Below, piece after piece: positions 1-11,074 of a stretch of DNA of 64,000 nucleotides. A program made the translations under genes and the position numbers. Under the pieces are notes generated by a model. That model had not been told where the DNA came from. It did not search any database and worked only from the letters and a program-made list of their open reading frames with translations. Each line of letters opens with the position of its first letter. Positions within the stretch are counted from its first letter, which is position 1. The DNA comes from an uncultured Chloroflexia bacterium (GTDB lineage Bacteria; Chloroflexota; Limnocylindria; Limnocylindrales; CSP1-4), in assembly GCA_963813535.1 (NCBI GenBank), contig CAWEZH010000003.1:480001-544000 (forward strand), written 5' to 3'.

Positions 1-139
1 GGCGGCGCGGATAGCGCGCGTCGAGAAACCCTTCGGATCCCGGTCGGTCATGGCCGGGATGCTACACCGCATGGCGTCGACCCTCCGGTTGACGCCTCGG
101 CCGGACGGGAGCACAGTCGAGGCGAACAGAGGACATCGC

Positions 140-430
140 ATGGATCTCATGACCATGATCGTCGTGCTCCTCGTCGGCGCCGCCGTCGTCGGTTGGATCG
201 CCAGCGCACGCGACGGCCGAGCGCTCGAGGCCTTCGGCCTGGGGTTCATCGGCTATCGCTCGTACGGATGGCCACGTGGGGTCCAGGAAGAGGACACGAT
301 CCACTTCGACTTCACTGAGCACCCCGGCGGTGATGCCGCGAGCCCGAGCGGGTCGGATGTCGGCCCCGAGGCCGAGCTGATCGAGCTCGATCGTCCGCCG
401 GAGGACGTCCCCGTCAGCCGCCTGCACTAG
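140..430 (+). CDS. small membrane protein, hypothetical
   Basis: ATG at 140 after AGAGGA; N-terminal hydrophobic helix, GWPRGVQEED motif, acidic tail. Confidence 0.6.
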   Translation: MDLMTMIVVLLVGAAVVGWIASARDGRALEAFGLGFIGYRSYGWPRGVQEEDTIHFDFTEHPGGDAASPSGSDVGPEAELIELDRPPEDVPVSRLH

Positions 431-474
431 CCCTCCGGCTCGCTCGCCAGAGCATCCCGGACACGCGGCGACGG

Positions 475-495
475 TTTGTGCTTCGCTCCTACAAA
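475..495. promoter_or_regulatory. ROK/XylR-type operator upstream of xylA
   Basis: TTTGTGCTTCGCTCCTACAAA (TTTG-N13-CAAA), just upstream of extended -10 TGcTACGCT (-10 hexamer at 505-510); similar box at 8221-8241. Confidence 0.7.
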
Positions 496-550
496 TCGCG
501 GTGCTACGCTGCGGGCGCGGTGGACTGACGGTTCGGAGGAGGGTTCGGCG

Positions 551-1915
551 GTGAGCGACGCGTTCTTCACGGAGGTCACCGAGCCGATCCGGTTCGAGGG
601 TCTCGACTCGACGAACCCGCTCGCCTTCAAGGTCTACGACAAGGACCGGATCGTGCTCGGAAAGCGGATGGAGGAGCACCTCCGACCCGGGGTCTGCTTC
701 TGGCATTCGTTCGCCTGGCCCGGGCTCGACATGTTCGGCATCGGCACCCTGGACCGGCCCTGGCTCGCGGGCACCGGGGATCCGATGGCCGACGCTCGGA
801 CCAAGATGGCCGTTGCCTTCGAGTTCTTCTCGAAGATCGACATCCCCTACTACTGCTTCCACGATCGCGACGTCGCGCCGGAAGGCGACACGTTCGCGGA
901 ATTCCGCGCGAACCTCGACGCGCTCGTCGACGACGCGGCGGGCTACCAGGAGCGGACCGGCGTGCGCCTGCTCTGGGGGACGGCGAACCTGTTCACGCAT
1001 CCGCGGTATCAGGCCGGCGCTGCGACCAACCCCGACCCCGACGTCTTCGCCTACGCGGCCGCCCAGGTGAAGCACATGCTCGAGGTCACCCATCGACTGG
1101 GCGGCCAGAACTACGTCCTGTGGGGCGGCCGCGAAGGGTACGACACCCTGCTCAACACCGACCTCGAACGAGAAGGCGAGCAGCTTGCCCGCTTCCTGCA
1201 CCTCGTGGCCGAGCACAAGCACCGCATCGGTTTCGGCGGGCAGCTGCTGATCGAACCCAAGCCGATGGAGCCGACAAAGCATCAGTACGACTACGACGCC
1301 GCCACGGTCCACGGCTTCCTCGTCCGCCACGGCCTCGAGGGCGAGTACCGCGTCAACATCGAGGCGAACCACGCGACGCTCGCCGGGCACAGCTTCCACC
1401 ACGAGGTCGCCTTTGCGGTCGCCAACGGCAGTCTCGGCAGCATCGACGCCAACCGGGGCGATCCGCAGAACGGCTGGGATACCGACCAGTTCCCGAACTC
1501 GGTCGAGGACCTGGCGCTGCCGCTCTACGAGATCCTGCAGCACGGCGGCATCGACCCCGGCGGGTTCAACTTCGATGCGAAGCTGCGCCGGCAGAGTACG
1601 CACCGAACCGACCTGTTCCATGCCCACATCGGTGGCCTCGACACGCTCGCCCGCGCCCTGCTCGTCGCCGCCGACCTCGTCGAGCGTGGTGAGCTCGCGG
1701 AGCGCAAGGCCGAGCGGTATGCCGGTTGGGACGGACCGCTCGGTCGGGCGATCCTCGATGGCGGGGAGTCGCTGGAATCGCTGGAGTCCAAGGTCGCGGC
1801 GCGGGAGATCGCCCCGAGCCCGGCGTCGGGGCACCAGGAGCTGCTCGAGAACCTGGTCAACCAGTCGGTCTGGTCGGCAGACGCGTCGCGGGTGGCCTCC
1901 GGCACACGGCGCTGA
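551..1915 (+). CDS. xylA: xylose isomerase (class II)
   Basis: [45 protein letters not shown] motifs; GTG start after GGAGGA. Confidence 0.97.
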   Translation: MSDAFFTEVTEPIRFEGLDSTNPLAFKVYDKDRIVLGKRMEEHLRPGVCFWHSFAWPGLDMFGIGTLDRPWLAGTGDPMADARTKMAVAFEFFSKIDIPYYCFHDRDVAPEGDTFAEFRANLDALVDDAAGYQERTGVRLLWGTANLFTHPRYQAGAATNPDPDVFAYAAAQVKHMLEVTHRLGGQNYVLWGGREGYDTLLNTDLEREGEQLARFLHLVAEHKHRIGFGGQLLIEPKPMEPTKHQYDYDAATVHGFLVRHGLEGEYRVNIEANHATLAGHSFHHEVAFAVANGSLGSIDANRGDPQNGWDTDQFPNSVEDLALPLYEILQHGGIDPGGFNFDAKLRRQSTHRTDLFHAHIGGLDTLARALLVAADLVERGELAERKAERYAGWDGPLGRAILDGGESLESLESKVAAREIAPSPASGHQELLENLVNQSVWSADASRVASGTRR

Positions 1916-1920
1916 CCGGG

Positions 1921-3411
1921 GTGGGCCACGTCGTCGGCATCGACACGTCGACGACTGCGACCAAGGCTGTCCTCGTCGACGAACGCGGAACGGTCGTCGG
2001 GATCGGGGCCAGCGAGTACGACTTCGAGATCCCGCGTCCCGGCTGGACCGAGCAATCACCGACCCTGTGGTGGGACGCGACCGTCGCCGCGATCCGGGGG
2101 GTGCTCGGTGCGACCGGTGTCTCCGGTGACTCGGTCGCGGCGATCGGGCTGACCGGTCAGATGCATGGACTCGTGCTGCTTGGTGCCGACGACGCCGTGC
2201 TCCGGCCCGCGATCCTATGGAACGACCAACGGACGGCGGCCGCGTGCGATGCCATCCGCGCGGCGGTCGGCCGACAACGGCTCATCGACATCACCGGCAA
2301 CGACGCCCTGACCGGCTTCACCGCACCGAAGCTCGTCTGGGTCCGGGACAACGAACCCGACGTGTGGTCGCGCGTCGCCCACGTGCTCCTCCCCAAGGAC
2401 TACGTACGGCTCCGGCTGACCGGCGACCACGCGCTGGACAAGGCCGACGGCGCCGGCACGATCCTGTTCGATCTCGCGGCGCGTGACTGGTCACGCGAGG
2501 TCGTCATGGCGCTGGGCATCGACCCGGCCTGGCTGCCACCGACCTTCGAGGGTCCGGAGGTCACCGGCTCGGTCTCGGCGGTCGCCGCCGAGGCCACCGG
2601 ATTGCGTGCCGGTACCCCGGTCATCGCCGGCGGAGGCGATCAGGCCGCGAACGCGGTCGGCGTCGGCGCGGTCGAGCCTGGGGTCGTCGCGCTCTCGCTC
2701 GGCACGTCCGGGGTCGTGTTCGCGACCACCGATCGACCGCTCCGCGACCCTGCCGGCCAGGTCCACGCGTTCTGCCACGCCGTGCCTGGGCGATGGCACC
2801 TGATGACGGTGATGCTGTCGGCGGCGGGCAGCCTGCGCTGGTTTCGCGACACGTTCGCGCCGGGCGAGGACTACCCGACGCTGGTCGAGGCTGCAGGCCC
2901 CGTGCCGGCGGGCTCGGACGGGCTGCTGTTCCTGCCGTATCTCAGCGGCGAGCGGAGCCCCCACCCGGATCCCCAGGCACGCGGCGCGTTCGTCGGGCTA
3001 TCGCTGGCACACGATCGCCGGCACCTGACGCGGGCCGTGCTGGAGGGTGTGGCGTTCGGGCTGCGCGACGGCCTCGACCAGATGATCGCGACCGGGATGC
3101 CGGCGCCGGACCAGGTCCGGGCGTCGGGCGGAGGCACGGCTAGCCCCCTCTGGCGGCAGATCCTGGCCGACGTGCTCGGGGCGGAGCTCGCGACGGTGAA
3201 CACGACCGAAGGTGCCGCGTACGGGGCGGCGTCGCTGGCCGCGGTCGGTGCCGGCTGGTATCCCCGCGTGGAGGACGTGGCCGGCGCGTTCGTCCGGGTC
3301 AGCCCGGCGGCATCACCCGGCCCTGACGCCGGCCACTACGCCGAGGTCCACGCCGCGTACCGCGAGCTGTATCCGGCCCTGGTTCCGACGTTCCGTCGGA
3401 CCGCCGGGTAG
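1921..3411 (+). CDS. xylB: xylulokinase
   Basis: FGGY kinase motifs GIDTSTT, GQMHG, LWNDQRT, GGGDQ, PYLSGER; directly follows xylA. Confidence 0.95.
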   Translation: MGHVVGIDTSTTATKAVLVDERGTVVGIGASEYDFEIPRPGWTEQSPTLWWDATVAAIRGVLGATGVSGDSVAAIGLTGQMHGLVLLGADDAVLRPAILWNDQRTAAACDAIRAAVGRQRLIDITGNDALTGFTAPKLVWVRDNEPDVWSRVAHVLLPKDYVRLRLTGDHALDKADGAGTILFDLAARDWSREVVMALGIDPAWLPPTFEGPEVTGSVSAVAAEATGLRAGTPVIAGGGDQAANAVGVGAVEPGVVALSLGTSGVVFATTDRPLRDPAGQVHAFCHAVPGRWHLMTVMLSAAGSLRWFRDTFAPGEDYPTLVEAAGPVPAGSDGLLFLPYLSGERSPHPDPQARGAFVGLSLAHDRRHLTRAVLEGVAFGLRDGLDQMIATGMPAPDQVRASGGGTASPLWRQILADVLGAELATVNTTEGAAYGAASLAAVGAGWYPRVEDVAGAFVRVSPAASPGPDAGHYAEVHAAYRELYPALVPTFRRTAG

Positions 3412-3439
3412 TCGCGGCGGGACGGGCTGGATCCGGACC

Positions 3440-4327
3440 CTACGTGCGCAGCTCGAGCTGCTCCAGCTCCTTCTTGCTGGCCTCCTCAGGCCGCTTGCCG
3501 AGGACGATCATGCCCACGATCTCGTCGGGCGTGACGTCGCCCTTGTCGACCGTGTCGACGATGCGGCCGTGGTACATGATGCTGACCCGGTCGGACAGGT
3601 CGAAGACGTCGTGGATGTCATGGCTGATCAGGAAGATGCCGATCCCCTCGTCCTTCAGCTGCCGGATGAGGGTGCGGACCTGGGCGGTCTCGGCCGGACC
3701 GAGCGCGGCCGTGGGCTCGTCCATGATCAGGATCCTGGCGTTGAAGTGGACCGCCCGCGCGATCGCGACCGCCTGGCGCTGGCCCCCCGACAGGGACTTG
3801 ACGGGGGCTTTGAAGTTCCTGAACCGGGGGTTGAGACGGCCCATGACCGTGCGGGTCGCGGACTCCATCGCGGAGTCGTCGAGTGATCCGAAGCGCGTAG
3901 TCAGCTCGCGGCCAAGGAACAGGTTGGCCGCCGCGTCCACGTTGTCCGCCAACGCGAGCGTCTGGTAGATGGTCTCGATCCCCAGGGCCTTCGCGTCGCG
4001 CGGGTTGTTGATCGCGACTTCCTCGCCGTCGATGAGGGTCTGGCCCGAATCGGCGACCTGGGCGCCGGACAGGACCTTCATGAGGGTCGACTTGCCAGCG
4101 CCATTGCCGCCGACGAGGCCGACGACCTCGCCGGCGTAGAGATCCTCGTTCACCCCGTCCACGGCATGGACGCCGCCGAATGAGACGCGGATGTCCCGCA
4201 TCGCGACGAGCGGCGCTGTCCCGACGGCGGTGGCCACCGGTGGGGCCACGACCCCATCGGTGACTGGATCCGTGACCCCAGGCTGTGGCGGCTGGGGCTC
4301 AGGCGTCCCGGATCCGGCGAGTGTCAT
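3440..4327 (-). CDS. sugar ABC transporter ATP-binding protein (single domain)
   Basis: [25 protein letters not shown]; ATG overlaps the permease stop (TGATG). Confidence 0.93.
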   Translation of the reverse strand: MTLAGSGTPEPQPPQPGVTDPVTDGVVAPPVATAVGTAPLVAMRDIRVSFGGVHAVDGVNEDLYAGEVVGLVGGNGAGKSTLMKVLSGAQVADSGQTLIDGEEVAINNPRDAKALGIETIYQTLALADNVDAAANLFLGRELTTRFGSLDDSAMESATRTVMGRLNPRFRNFKAPVKSLSGGQRQAVAIARAVHFNARILIMDEPTAALGPAETAQVRTLIRQLKDEGIGIFLISHDIHDVFDLSDRVSIMYHGRIVDTVDKGDVTPDEIVGMIVLGKRPEEASKKELEQLELRT

Positions 4328-5649
4328 CAGGGCCTCCCAGCTCGGCGCCGAAGGACGGTATCGAGACCGACCGCCGTGACGAGCACGATGCCGACGATGA
4401 TGTCCTGGATGGGGGCGGCGACCTTCAGGAGGGCCATGCCCGACTGGAGCGACTGCATGAGGACGGCGCCGAAGACCGCGCCGGGGATGGTGCCGATGCC
4501 GCCCGCGAACGACGTTCCGCCGATGACGACCGCGGCGATGACCGCCAGTTCCGCGCCAACCCCGAGGCCGACGACGGCCGACTCGAGGCGGGCGATCGAG
4601 ATCGCACCGCTGACGGCGGCGAGGACGCCCATGAGGACGAAGGTCATCATGATGATCCGTTTGGTGTTGATGCCACCCAGCTCGGCCGCTTCGGGGTTGC
4701 CGCCGATCGCGTAGACATAGCGACCGAAGCGACGCCGGGTGGCGAGGATCGTCATGACCACCGTCACGCCGATCGCGATGAGCACAGGGTTGGCGATGCC
4801 GGTCGGGATCTGCAGTCCGCCGTCCGGCCAGGCGATGCCATTGGCCTCGGCGAACTGACGGGCCAGGCCCTCGGGCCAGAAGTAGTTGTTGGCGATCCAG
4901 ACCGCGCCGAAGGCGCCGACACAACCGACCAGGCCGATCGTGATCTCGGCCCACATCGGCCGGACCGGGAAGCCGTAGCGGCGTCGACGTCGCCGGCCGC
5001 TGATCAGGGCATAGATCAACGCGGCAACGGCGATCCCGCCGATGATCCACGAGATGGCGGCCCCGACGGATCCTTTGGGTCCGCCGCCCAGGAGCAAGAA
5101 GGTGCCGTCCAGGGGAGCGATCGTCCGACCGCTGGCCAGGGTCCAGGCGAAGCCGCGCCAGACGAGCAGCCCGCCAAGCGTGACGATGAACGATGGGATG
5201 CCGACGTACGCGACCAGGAGCCCCTGCAGGCCGCCGATGGCGATGCCGACGATGATGCCCGCGGTCAGGGCGATGATCCAGGTCAGTGGGTGACCCAGGC
5301 CGAGTCCGAGCGCATTGGGCAGCCACTCGGCCTGCATGATCGCCATGAACATCCCCGTGAACCCGAGCATGGACCCCACGGACAGGTCGATATTGCGGGA
5401 CACGATGATCAGGACCATGCCGGAGGCCATGACCGCGACAGCCGCCGACTGGACCGAGAGGTTCCAGAGGTTGCGAGCCGTGAGGAACGAACCTCCGGAC
5501 AGGATGTTGAACCCGATCCAGATGACGGCCGTTGCCGCGATCATGCCCAGCAACCGTGTGTCGATCTCCATCGACAGGAGCATCGACCGCATCGACCGAG
5601 GGGCTCTGGCTCCGGCGTCCGGTGCGGCGGCGATCGTGGTCTGGCTCAT
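4327..5649 (-). CDS. xylH: xylose-type ABC transporter permease
   Basis: multiple TM segments, [35 protein letters not shown]. Confidence 0.9.
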   Translation of the reverse strand: MSQTTIAAAPDAGARAPRSMRSMLLSMEIDTRLLGMIAATAVIWIGFNILSGGSFLTARNLWNLSVQSAAVAVMASGMVLIIVSRNIDLSVGSMLGFTGMFMAIMQAEWLPNALGLGLGHPLTWIIALTAGIIVGIAIGGLQGLLVAYVGIPSFIVTLGGLLVWRGFAWTLASGRTIAPLDGTFLLLGGGPKGSVGAAISWIIGGIAVAALIYALISGRRRRRRYGFPVRPMWAEITIGLVGCVGAFGAVWIANNYFWPEGLARQFAEANGIAWPDGGLQIPTGIANPVLIAIGVTVVMTILATRRRFGRYVYAIGGNPEAAELGGINTKRIIMMTFVLMGVLAAVSGAISIARLESAVVGLGVGAELAVIAAVVIGGTSFAGGIGTIPGAVFGAVLMQSLQSGMALLKVAAPIQDIIVGIVLVTAVGLDTVLRRRAGRP

Positions 5650-5681
5650 CAACCGGCTCCCTCACTGACCGGGTAAGGCGA

Positions 5682-5716
5682 CGCGCCCTGCTCCGCGTCG
5701 GGCGGAACAGGGCGCG
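5682..5716 (-). terminator. intergenic stem-loop after the binding-protein gene (mRNA stabiliser or partial terminator)
   Basis: CGCGCCCTGcTCCGC-loop-GCGGAaCAGGGCGCG; no U-tract. Confidence 0.55.
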
Positions 5717-5741
5717 AGGACAACGGCGCTGGGGGTGATCC

Positions 5742-6869
5742 CTAGCAGGGCGGGACGGACCCGGCGGGCACGTCCTTGCAGAGTTCCTCCTTGGTGACCC
5801 ATTCGTTGTCGATGGCCTTCTGGAGGTTGGCCTTGGTGATGGGCTCGGGCTGCAGGAAGATCGAGCTCATCATGATCTTCTTCTCGGGGGTCTCGAACTG
5901 GACAGCGCCTGCGACGTCGGCGAGCGCAGTGCCGGCGCAGAGCGCGACGGCGGCGGTGCCGGCCGCGGCGCCAAGCAGGCGAGCGTCCTTGCCGACGCTG
6001 ACGAGCTGGGTGCCGAGCGCGACGCGGTTCAGGGCCGCCTTGTCAGCGTCCTGCCCCGTGACGGGGACCTTGCCATCGAGGCCCTGGCCCTTGAGCGCCG
6101 CGACGACGCCGCCGGCCATGCCGTCGTTGAGCACGATCGCCGCGTCGATCTTGTTGTCCTCGGCGGTGAGGAACTGCTCCATGGTGGTCTGCGCGATAGC
6201 GGCATCCCAGTTGTCGGTGTAGTCCTCGCCGACGATCTTGATGTCGCCGGACGTGACCGACGCGCCGATGACCTTCTCGATGCCCGATCGCAGGAAGTCG
6301 GAGTTCGCGTCAGCGCTGTTGCCCTTGATGATCACGTAGTTGCCCTTGGGCACCACCTTGACGATCTCCTCGGCCATCAGCTGTCCGACGAGCGGGTTGT
6401 CGAAGGTGATGTAGAAGGCCTTCTCATTCTCGATCAGGCGGTCGTACGCGATGACCGGGATGCCTCGATCTACGGCGGCCTGCACGGTCGGCTGGATCGC
6501 CGTGCCGTCCTGGGCCAGGATGATGATCACCTTCGCGCCGTCGGTGATGAGCTGCTCGACGTCCGTCGCCTGCTTCTCGGCGGACGAACCCGCGTCGGTG
6601 CCGACGTACGAGCCGCCCGCACCCTCAACGACCTGCTTGATGTTGGGCTCGTCCCACTTGGCCCAACGCTCTTCCTTGAAGTTGTTCCAGGACACCCCGA
6701 CCTTGCAGTCGGCAGCGGCCGCGCTGCCTGACGCGCTGGCTGCGGGTTCACTGGCAGCCGGTGCGCTCGCTGCGGCGCTTGGTGCCGATGAGACACCGGC
6801 GCCCGTCGAGCATGCAGCGAGGAGTAGGACGGCGCTCAATGAGAGCGCGGCCACCCTTCGAATGGACAT
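5742..6869 (-). CDS. xylF: xylose ABC transporter substrate-binding lipoprotein
   Basis: lipobox LLAAC, Ala/Ser/Pro linker, [33 protein letters not shown]. Confidence 0.88.
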   Translation of the reverse strand: MSIRRVAALSLSAVLLLAACSTGAGVSSAPSAAASAPAASEPAASASGSAAAADCKVGVSWNNFKEERWAKWDEPNIKQVVEGAGGSYVGTDAGSSAEKQATDVEQLITDGAKVIIILAQDGTAIQPTVQAAVDRGIPVIAYDRLIENEKAFYITFDNPLVGQLMAEEIVKVVPKGNYVIIKGNSADANSDFLRSGIEKVIGASVTSGDIKIVGEDYTDNWDAAIAQTTMEQFLTAEDNKIDAAIVLNDGMAGGVVAALKGQGLDGKVPVTGQDADKAALNRVALGTQLVSVGKDARLLGAAAGTAAVALCAGTALADVAGAVQFETPEKKIMMSSIFLQPEPITKANLQKAIDNEWVTKEELCKDVPAGSVPPC

Positions 6870-6978
6870 CGTTGACTCTCCTCCTGTGCGGTTACGCCTC
6901 GAGCGATCCGATGTCGGACCCAAGGCTACCATCGGTGATGCCCCGCGCCCCCCTCGTTTCCTCCTTTCTACGGCCTCC

Positions 6979-8214
6979 TCATGCGCTTGCCAGGGCGGCC
7001 ATGGTCCGGCGGGGACGCAGCCAGGCCGCAGGGTCGGCGAGCAGTGGTCCGAACGCAAGCTCCGCTGCTCCGAGCAGCGGAGCGTCGTCTCCGAGTGATG
7101 TTGGTACGACCCGGACGAGTCGGCGCGACGCGCGCAAGACGCGTCGATCGAGCTCGGCCTCCAGGGTCGAGCGGACGTACGGGTAGCTGGCGGTCAGCCG
7201 GCCGCCGAGCAGGACGAGGCTCGGGTTCAGGACGTTGATCAAGCCGGCGAGCCCGATGCCGAGCCAGCGTCCGTTGGCGGCGAAGGCGTCGAGCGCCGTG
7301 GCGTCGCCCGCCTCGGCCTCGGCGAGGATCCGGTCGTATGTCTCACGGCCGCCCTCCGGTGAGCGTCCAGCGCTGCGCAGCAGGGCGCTGGTCCCGACCT
7401 CCGTCTCCCAGCAGCCCAGCGATCCACAGCGGCACGGCAGCCCGTCCGGGTTGACCGGCATGTGACCCACCTCGCCACCGTAGCCTGCGGCGCCGACCAG
7501 CGGCTGTCCGTCGACGATCAGTCCGCCGCCCACGCCGATGGAGCCCCAGATCAGCATCACGTCGTCGATGCCCCGGGCCACGCCGCGGCGATGCTCCGCG
7601 AGGACGGCGAGGTCCGCCTCGTTCGCGAAGGCGATCGGCACGTCCATTTGCAGTGCGTCGACCAGCGCATCGCCCAGCGCTTCGTCGCGCCAGCCCAGGT
7701 TCGGGGCGACGGACACCATGCCATCGCTGCGGCGAACGACGCCGACCACGGCGACGCCGATCCCGACAAGACCGTCCTCGGACGGCAACCGGTCACGCAG
7801 CGTCCACGCAAGCTCGGCGAGGGCCGTCGCGATGTCGCCGACGTTCGAGCGCCGGCGGGGGAGATCGATGCGGACCAGGTCGAACACGTCACCGCCCAAG
7901 CCGACCGTGGCGGCGGCGAGCAAATCGACCGCGACCTCCAGCGCCAGGACGACCGCCCCATGGGGATCGGGCCGGACGAGCGGCGATGGCCGGCCCGGTG
8001 TCCCGTCCAGCGCGGCCGGACCCTCGAACGCCAGCCTGCCCGCGACGAGCTCCCCGATGAGCCCGCGGATCGCGCTGCGGGTCAGCCCGGTGCGCGCGAC
8101 GAGGTCCGAGCGCGACAGCGGGCCGCTCTCGTGCAGCTCGCGGATGATCGCGCTCAGGTTCGCCCGACGTACGGTCTCGCTGCGGTGTCCGAGCTCGTCC
8201 CGACCGATGAACAC
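6979..8214 (-). CDS. xylR: ROK-family transcriptional repressor (XylR-like)
   Basis: HTH SRSDLVARTGLTRSAI, GRP motif, GEVGH and CxCGxxGCWE Zn motif; GTG 8214 preferred because the operator lies at 8221-8241 (alternative ATG 8277). Confidence 0.88.
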   Translation of the reverse strand: MFIGRDELGHRSETVRRANLSAIIRELHESGPLSRSDLVARTGLTRSAIRGLIGELVAGRLAFEGPAALDGTPGRPSPLVRPDPHGAVVLALEVAVDLLAAATVGLGGDVFDLVRIDLPRRRSNVGDIATALAELAWTLRDRLPSEDGLVGIGVAVVGVVRRSDGMVSVAPNLGWRDEALGDALVDALQMDVPIAFANEADLAVLAEHRRGVARGIDDVMLIWGSIGVGGGLIVDGQPLVGAAGYGGEVGHMPVNPDGLPCRCGSLGCWETEVGTSALLRSAGRSPEGGRETYDRILAEAEAGDATALDAFAANGRWLGIGLAGLINVLNPSLVLLGGRLTASYPYVRSTLEAELDRRVLRASRRLVRVVPTSLGDDAPLLGAAELAFGPLLADPAAWLRPRRTMAALASA

Positions 8215-8220
8215 TGGGGG

Positions 8221-8241
8221 TTTGTGTTCCTCTTTCTCAAA
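8221..8241. promoter_or_regulatory. ROK/XylR-type operator between divergent xylR and the oxidoreductase
   Basis: TTTGTGTTCCTCTTTCTCAAA with the same GGTTTGTG...CAAAT frame as the xylA box; TTGACA on the minus strand at 8277-8282. Confidence 0.7.
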
Positions 8242-8303
8242 TTGTGCTGTGCGAGACTCGTACAAGGACGCGGCCATGTCAATACGGCTGGTAGGAGGGG
8301 TCG

Positions 8304-9314
8304 ATGTCGAGCGTGCTTCGGTGGGGGATCCTGTCCACGGCGGACATCGCGCTACGGAAGGTGATCCCGGGCGTGCGCACGGCGGCCCGCTGCGAGATCG
8401 TGGCGATCGCCTCACGGGACGGGGTGCTGGCACGTAGCGCGGCGGAGCGCCTGGGCATCCCGACCGCCCACGCCTCGTACGAGGCGCTGCTGGCCGATCC
8501 GAACGTCGACGCGGTCTATATCCCGCTGCCGAACCACCTCCACGCCGAGTGGACGATCGCCGCCCTGCGGGCTGGCAAGCACGTCCTGTGCGAGAAACCG
8601 CTGGCGATGACCGCGGACGACGCCCAGCGGATGGTCGATGTCGCCTACGAGTCGGACCGCCATCTCATGGAGGCGTTCATGTACCGCCACCACCCATCGT
8701 GGGTGGCCGCGCTCGACCTGGTGGCGGCTGGGCGGATCGGCACGCTCACCGCGGTCCAGAGCTGGTTCTCGTACTTCAATGATGACCCCGCCAACATCCG
8801 CAACGTGCGCGATTACGGCGGGGGAGCCCTCTTCGATATCGGGTGCTATTCGGTCAACCTGTCACGGATGGTGTTCGGCGGCGAGCCGTCCCGGGTCGCG
8901 GCGTCGCTCCGACGGGATCCGTCGACGGGCGTGGACGTGCTGACCAGCGCGATCCTCGACTTCGAGGGCGGCATCGCGACGTTCAGCTGCTCGACCCGGA
9001 CCGAGACCGACCAGCGCGTCGACATCTACGGCACGACCGGCCGCATCTCGATCGAGATCCCGTTCAACATCCCGCCGGACCGCCCGACGCGCGTGTTCCT
9101 CACAGCGGGCGGCGATCCACCCGTGGCCCCGGACAGGCAGGTCGTCGAGTTCCCGATCGCCGATCCGTATGGCGTCGAATTCGAACGGTTCGCGACGGCC
9201 GTGCTCGACGGCGGCCCCACGCCGGTCCCGCCGGAGGACGCCGTCGCCAACCTGCGCGTGATCGAGTCGATCTTCGAGGCAGCCGACCGCGGTACGGCGG
9301 CGGCCTCGTCGTAA
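8304..9314 (+). CDS. Gfo/Idh/MocA oxidoreductase (D-xylose 1-dehydrogenase-like)
   Basis: LRWGILSTADIA, PLPNHLH, HVLCEKP, GGGALFDIGCY. Confidence 0.9.
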   Translation: MSSVLRWGILSTADIALRKVIPGVRTAARCEIVAIASRDGVLARSAAERLGIPTAHASYEALLADPNVDAVYIPLPNHLHAEWTIAALRAGKHVLCEKPLAMTADDAQRMVDVAYESDRHLMEAFMYRHHPSWVAALDLVAAGRIGTLTAVQSWFSYFNDDPANIRNVRDYGGGALFDIGCYSVNLSRMVFGGEPSRVAASLRRDPSTGVDVLTSAILDFEGGIATFSCSTRTETDQRVDIYGTTGRISIEIPFNIPPDRPTRVFLTAGGDPPVAPDRQVVEFPIADPYGVEFERFATAVLDGGPTPVPPEDAVANLRVIESIFEAADRGTAAASS

Positions 9315-9461
9315 ACCTAGCCGCTCCCACCTCGAGATGCCACGGCCGCGCCATCGACCCGCTCGGGGATCGGATCGGGTGGAGGCGGATACGATGTCGG
9401 TTCGGCTTCACGACCGGGCCGCAGTAGGGGATCGACGGGACATGTCAGCCGCTCGACAGCC

Positions 9462-11054
9462 ATGACCAGCCGGACGCTCGCCGTCGGCGGGACGAGCTAT
9501 CCGCTGGTCCTGCCGAACATCCGCGACCCGCGGCTGCACGTGGCGGCGGTCATCATCACAGTGCATGTCCTCGGGCAGGTCGGGCTGCACTTCGAGGTCA
9601 GCGTCCCCCAGATCCTCGCGGCCATCGTGACCTGCGCGATCCTCGAAGTCGCCTTGGCGTTCCGCCAGAGCCGCGCGTTCGTCTGGCCGGCCAGCGCGAT
9701 GCTGACGGGCAGCGGCGTCGCTCTCATCCTGCGCGTCGTCGGGACGCCCGCCGATGACCCCTGGAACACCTACGCCTGGTATGTCTTCGCCGCGGTCGCG
9801 GGCCTGTCCCTGCTCACCAAGTACGTCATCCGCTACCGCGGCAACCACGTGTTCAACCCGTCCAACATCGGGCTCGTACTGGCATTCATCATCCTCGGCA
9901 GCACCCGGGTCGAACCGCTGGACTTCTGGTGGGGGCCGTTCGACATCTGGCTGATCCTCGCCTACGCGGTGATCATCGGCGGCGGTGTGCTGATCACACG
10001 GCGACTCGATCTGCTCGCCCTGGCCGCCACGTTCTGGGTGGGCCTTGCAGTCGGTGTCGGTCTTCTCGCCGGGTCTGGTCACTGCATGACCGCCAACTGG
10101 GCCTTCGCGCCGGTCTGTGGCGTCGACTTCTGGCGGGTGATCATCACGTCGCCGGAGGTGCTGATCTTCCTGTTCTTCATGATCACGGATCCGAAGACCG
10201 TGCCGACGGGGCGCGTCGGCCGTGTCGTCTTCGGTCTGCTGGTGGCGTTGGCGAGCACGCTCCTGATGGCGCCGCAAACCGATGAGTTCGGCACGAAGGT
10301 CGGGCTCCTCGCAGGCCTCGTGGTCATCTGTGCCGCACGTCCGATCCTCGACCGACTGCTGCCGGAACCACGCTCGGCGTCCGACGACGTGAGCCGGTTC
10401 GCGACGAGGGTTGCCTTCGGCTCCGACGTCCGTGCCGGCACCATCCGGGGCCTCGGCCGCGTAGCGCTCCTGGTGGGCATGGTCTTCGTCGTCGGAGCCG
10501 GCATCGTCGTCGCCGGCACGCCGGCGCGTGCGCCGGCCGCGCCGGATGTCGCGGCCGTGCTGGACAGGGTCCCGCACCAGGTCGATCCGGCGACGTTCCC
10601 TGTGATCACCGTCGATCCGGACGTCACCGACTGGAACCACGAGATCGCCGGACCGGGCGCCCAGGAGATCGTGCTGACCCTGGCCGAGAACCTCGAGCTC
10701 GAGAACCAGGCGCTCCTCCGGGCGGACCCGGCGATCCTCGCCGCCGTCGATCACGGCGATCGCCTGACCGAGATGCGGGCACGCGTCGAGGAGGCCGTTT
10801 CTACGGGCAAGACGGTCATCGCCCGGTACCGGTTCGACGCGATGGACATGTCCCTGCGTGAGCCATTCGGCGTGCAGAGCGGGCTGAGCCTGGCCCTCGA
10901 ATCGCGCGGGACGATGACCGAGGAAACGTACGACGCGGGCGGCGCCCTCTTGGACCGTCGAGATACACCGTTCACGCGGACGTTCGTGATGCGCCGGGCG
11001 ACGGGCGATCGCTGGCTCAACGTGGCCGTCCTGCCACCGGAGGCCGGCAGCTGA
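9462..11054 (+). CDS. RnfD/NqrB-like (UnbU-like) polytopic membrane protein with C-terminal soluble domain
   Basis: DPRLH, SAMLTG, KYVIRYRGNHVFNPSNIG, FFMITDPKTVP; about 10 TM segments then a hydrophilic domain. Confidence 0.75.
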   Translation: MTSRTLAVGGTSYPLVLPNIRDPRLHVAAVIITVHVLGQVGLHFEVSVPQILAAIVTCAILEVALAFRQSRAFVWPASAMLTGSGVALILRVVGTPADDPWNTYAWYVFAAVAGLSLLTKYVIRYRGNHVFNPSNIGLVLAFIILGSTRVEPLDFWWGPFDIWLILAYAVIIGGGVLITRRLDLLALAATFWVGLAVGVGLLAGSGHCMTANWAFAPVCGVDFWRVIITSPEVLIFLFFMITDPKTVPTGRVGRVVFGLLVALASTLLMAPQTDEFGTKVGLLAGLVVICAARPILDRLLPEPRSASDDVSRFATRVAFGSDVRAGTIRGLGRVALLVGMVFVVGAGIVVAGTPARAPAAPDVAAVLDRVPHQVDPATFPVITVDPDVTDWNHEIAGPGAQEIVLTLAENLELENQALLRADPAILAAVDHGDRLTEMRARVEEAVSTGKTVIARYRFDAMDMSLREPFGVQSGLSLALESRGTMTEETYDAGGALLDRRDTPFTRTFVMRRATGDRWLNVAVLPPEAGS

Positions 11055-11074
11055 TCGGGACCGGGATCCGGTCC

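Noticed and set aside
62-2059. 665-aa minus-strand ORF and many similar long antisense ORFs (e.g. 39392-42283, 37821-40082, 50999-52864)
   Set aside because: Shadow frames of well-supported genes in high-GC DNA; no domain motifs.
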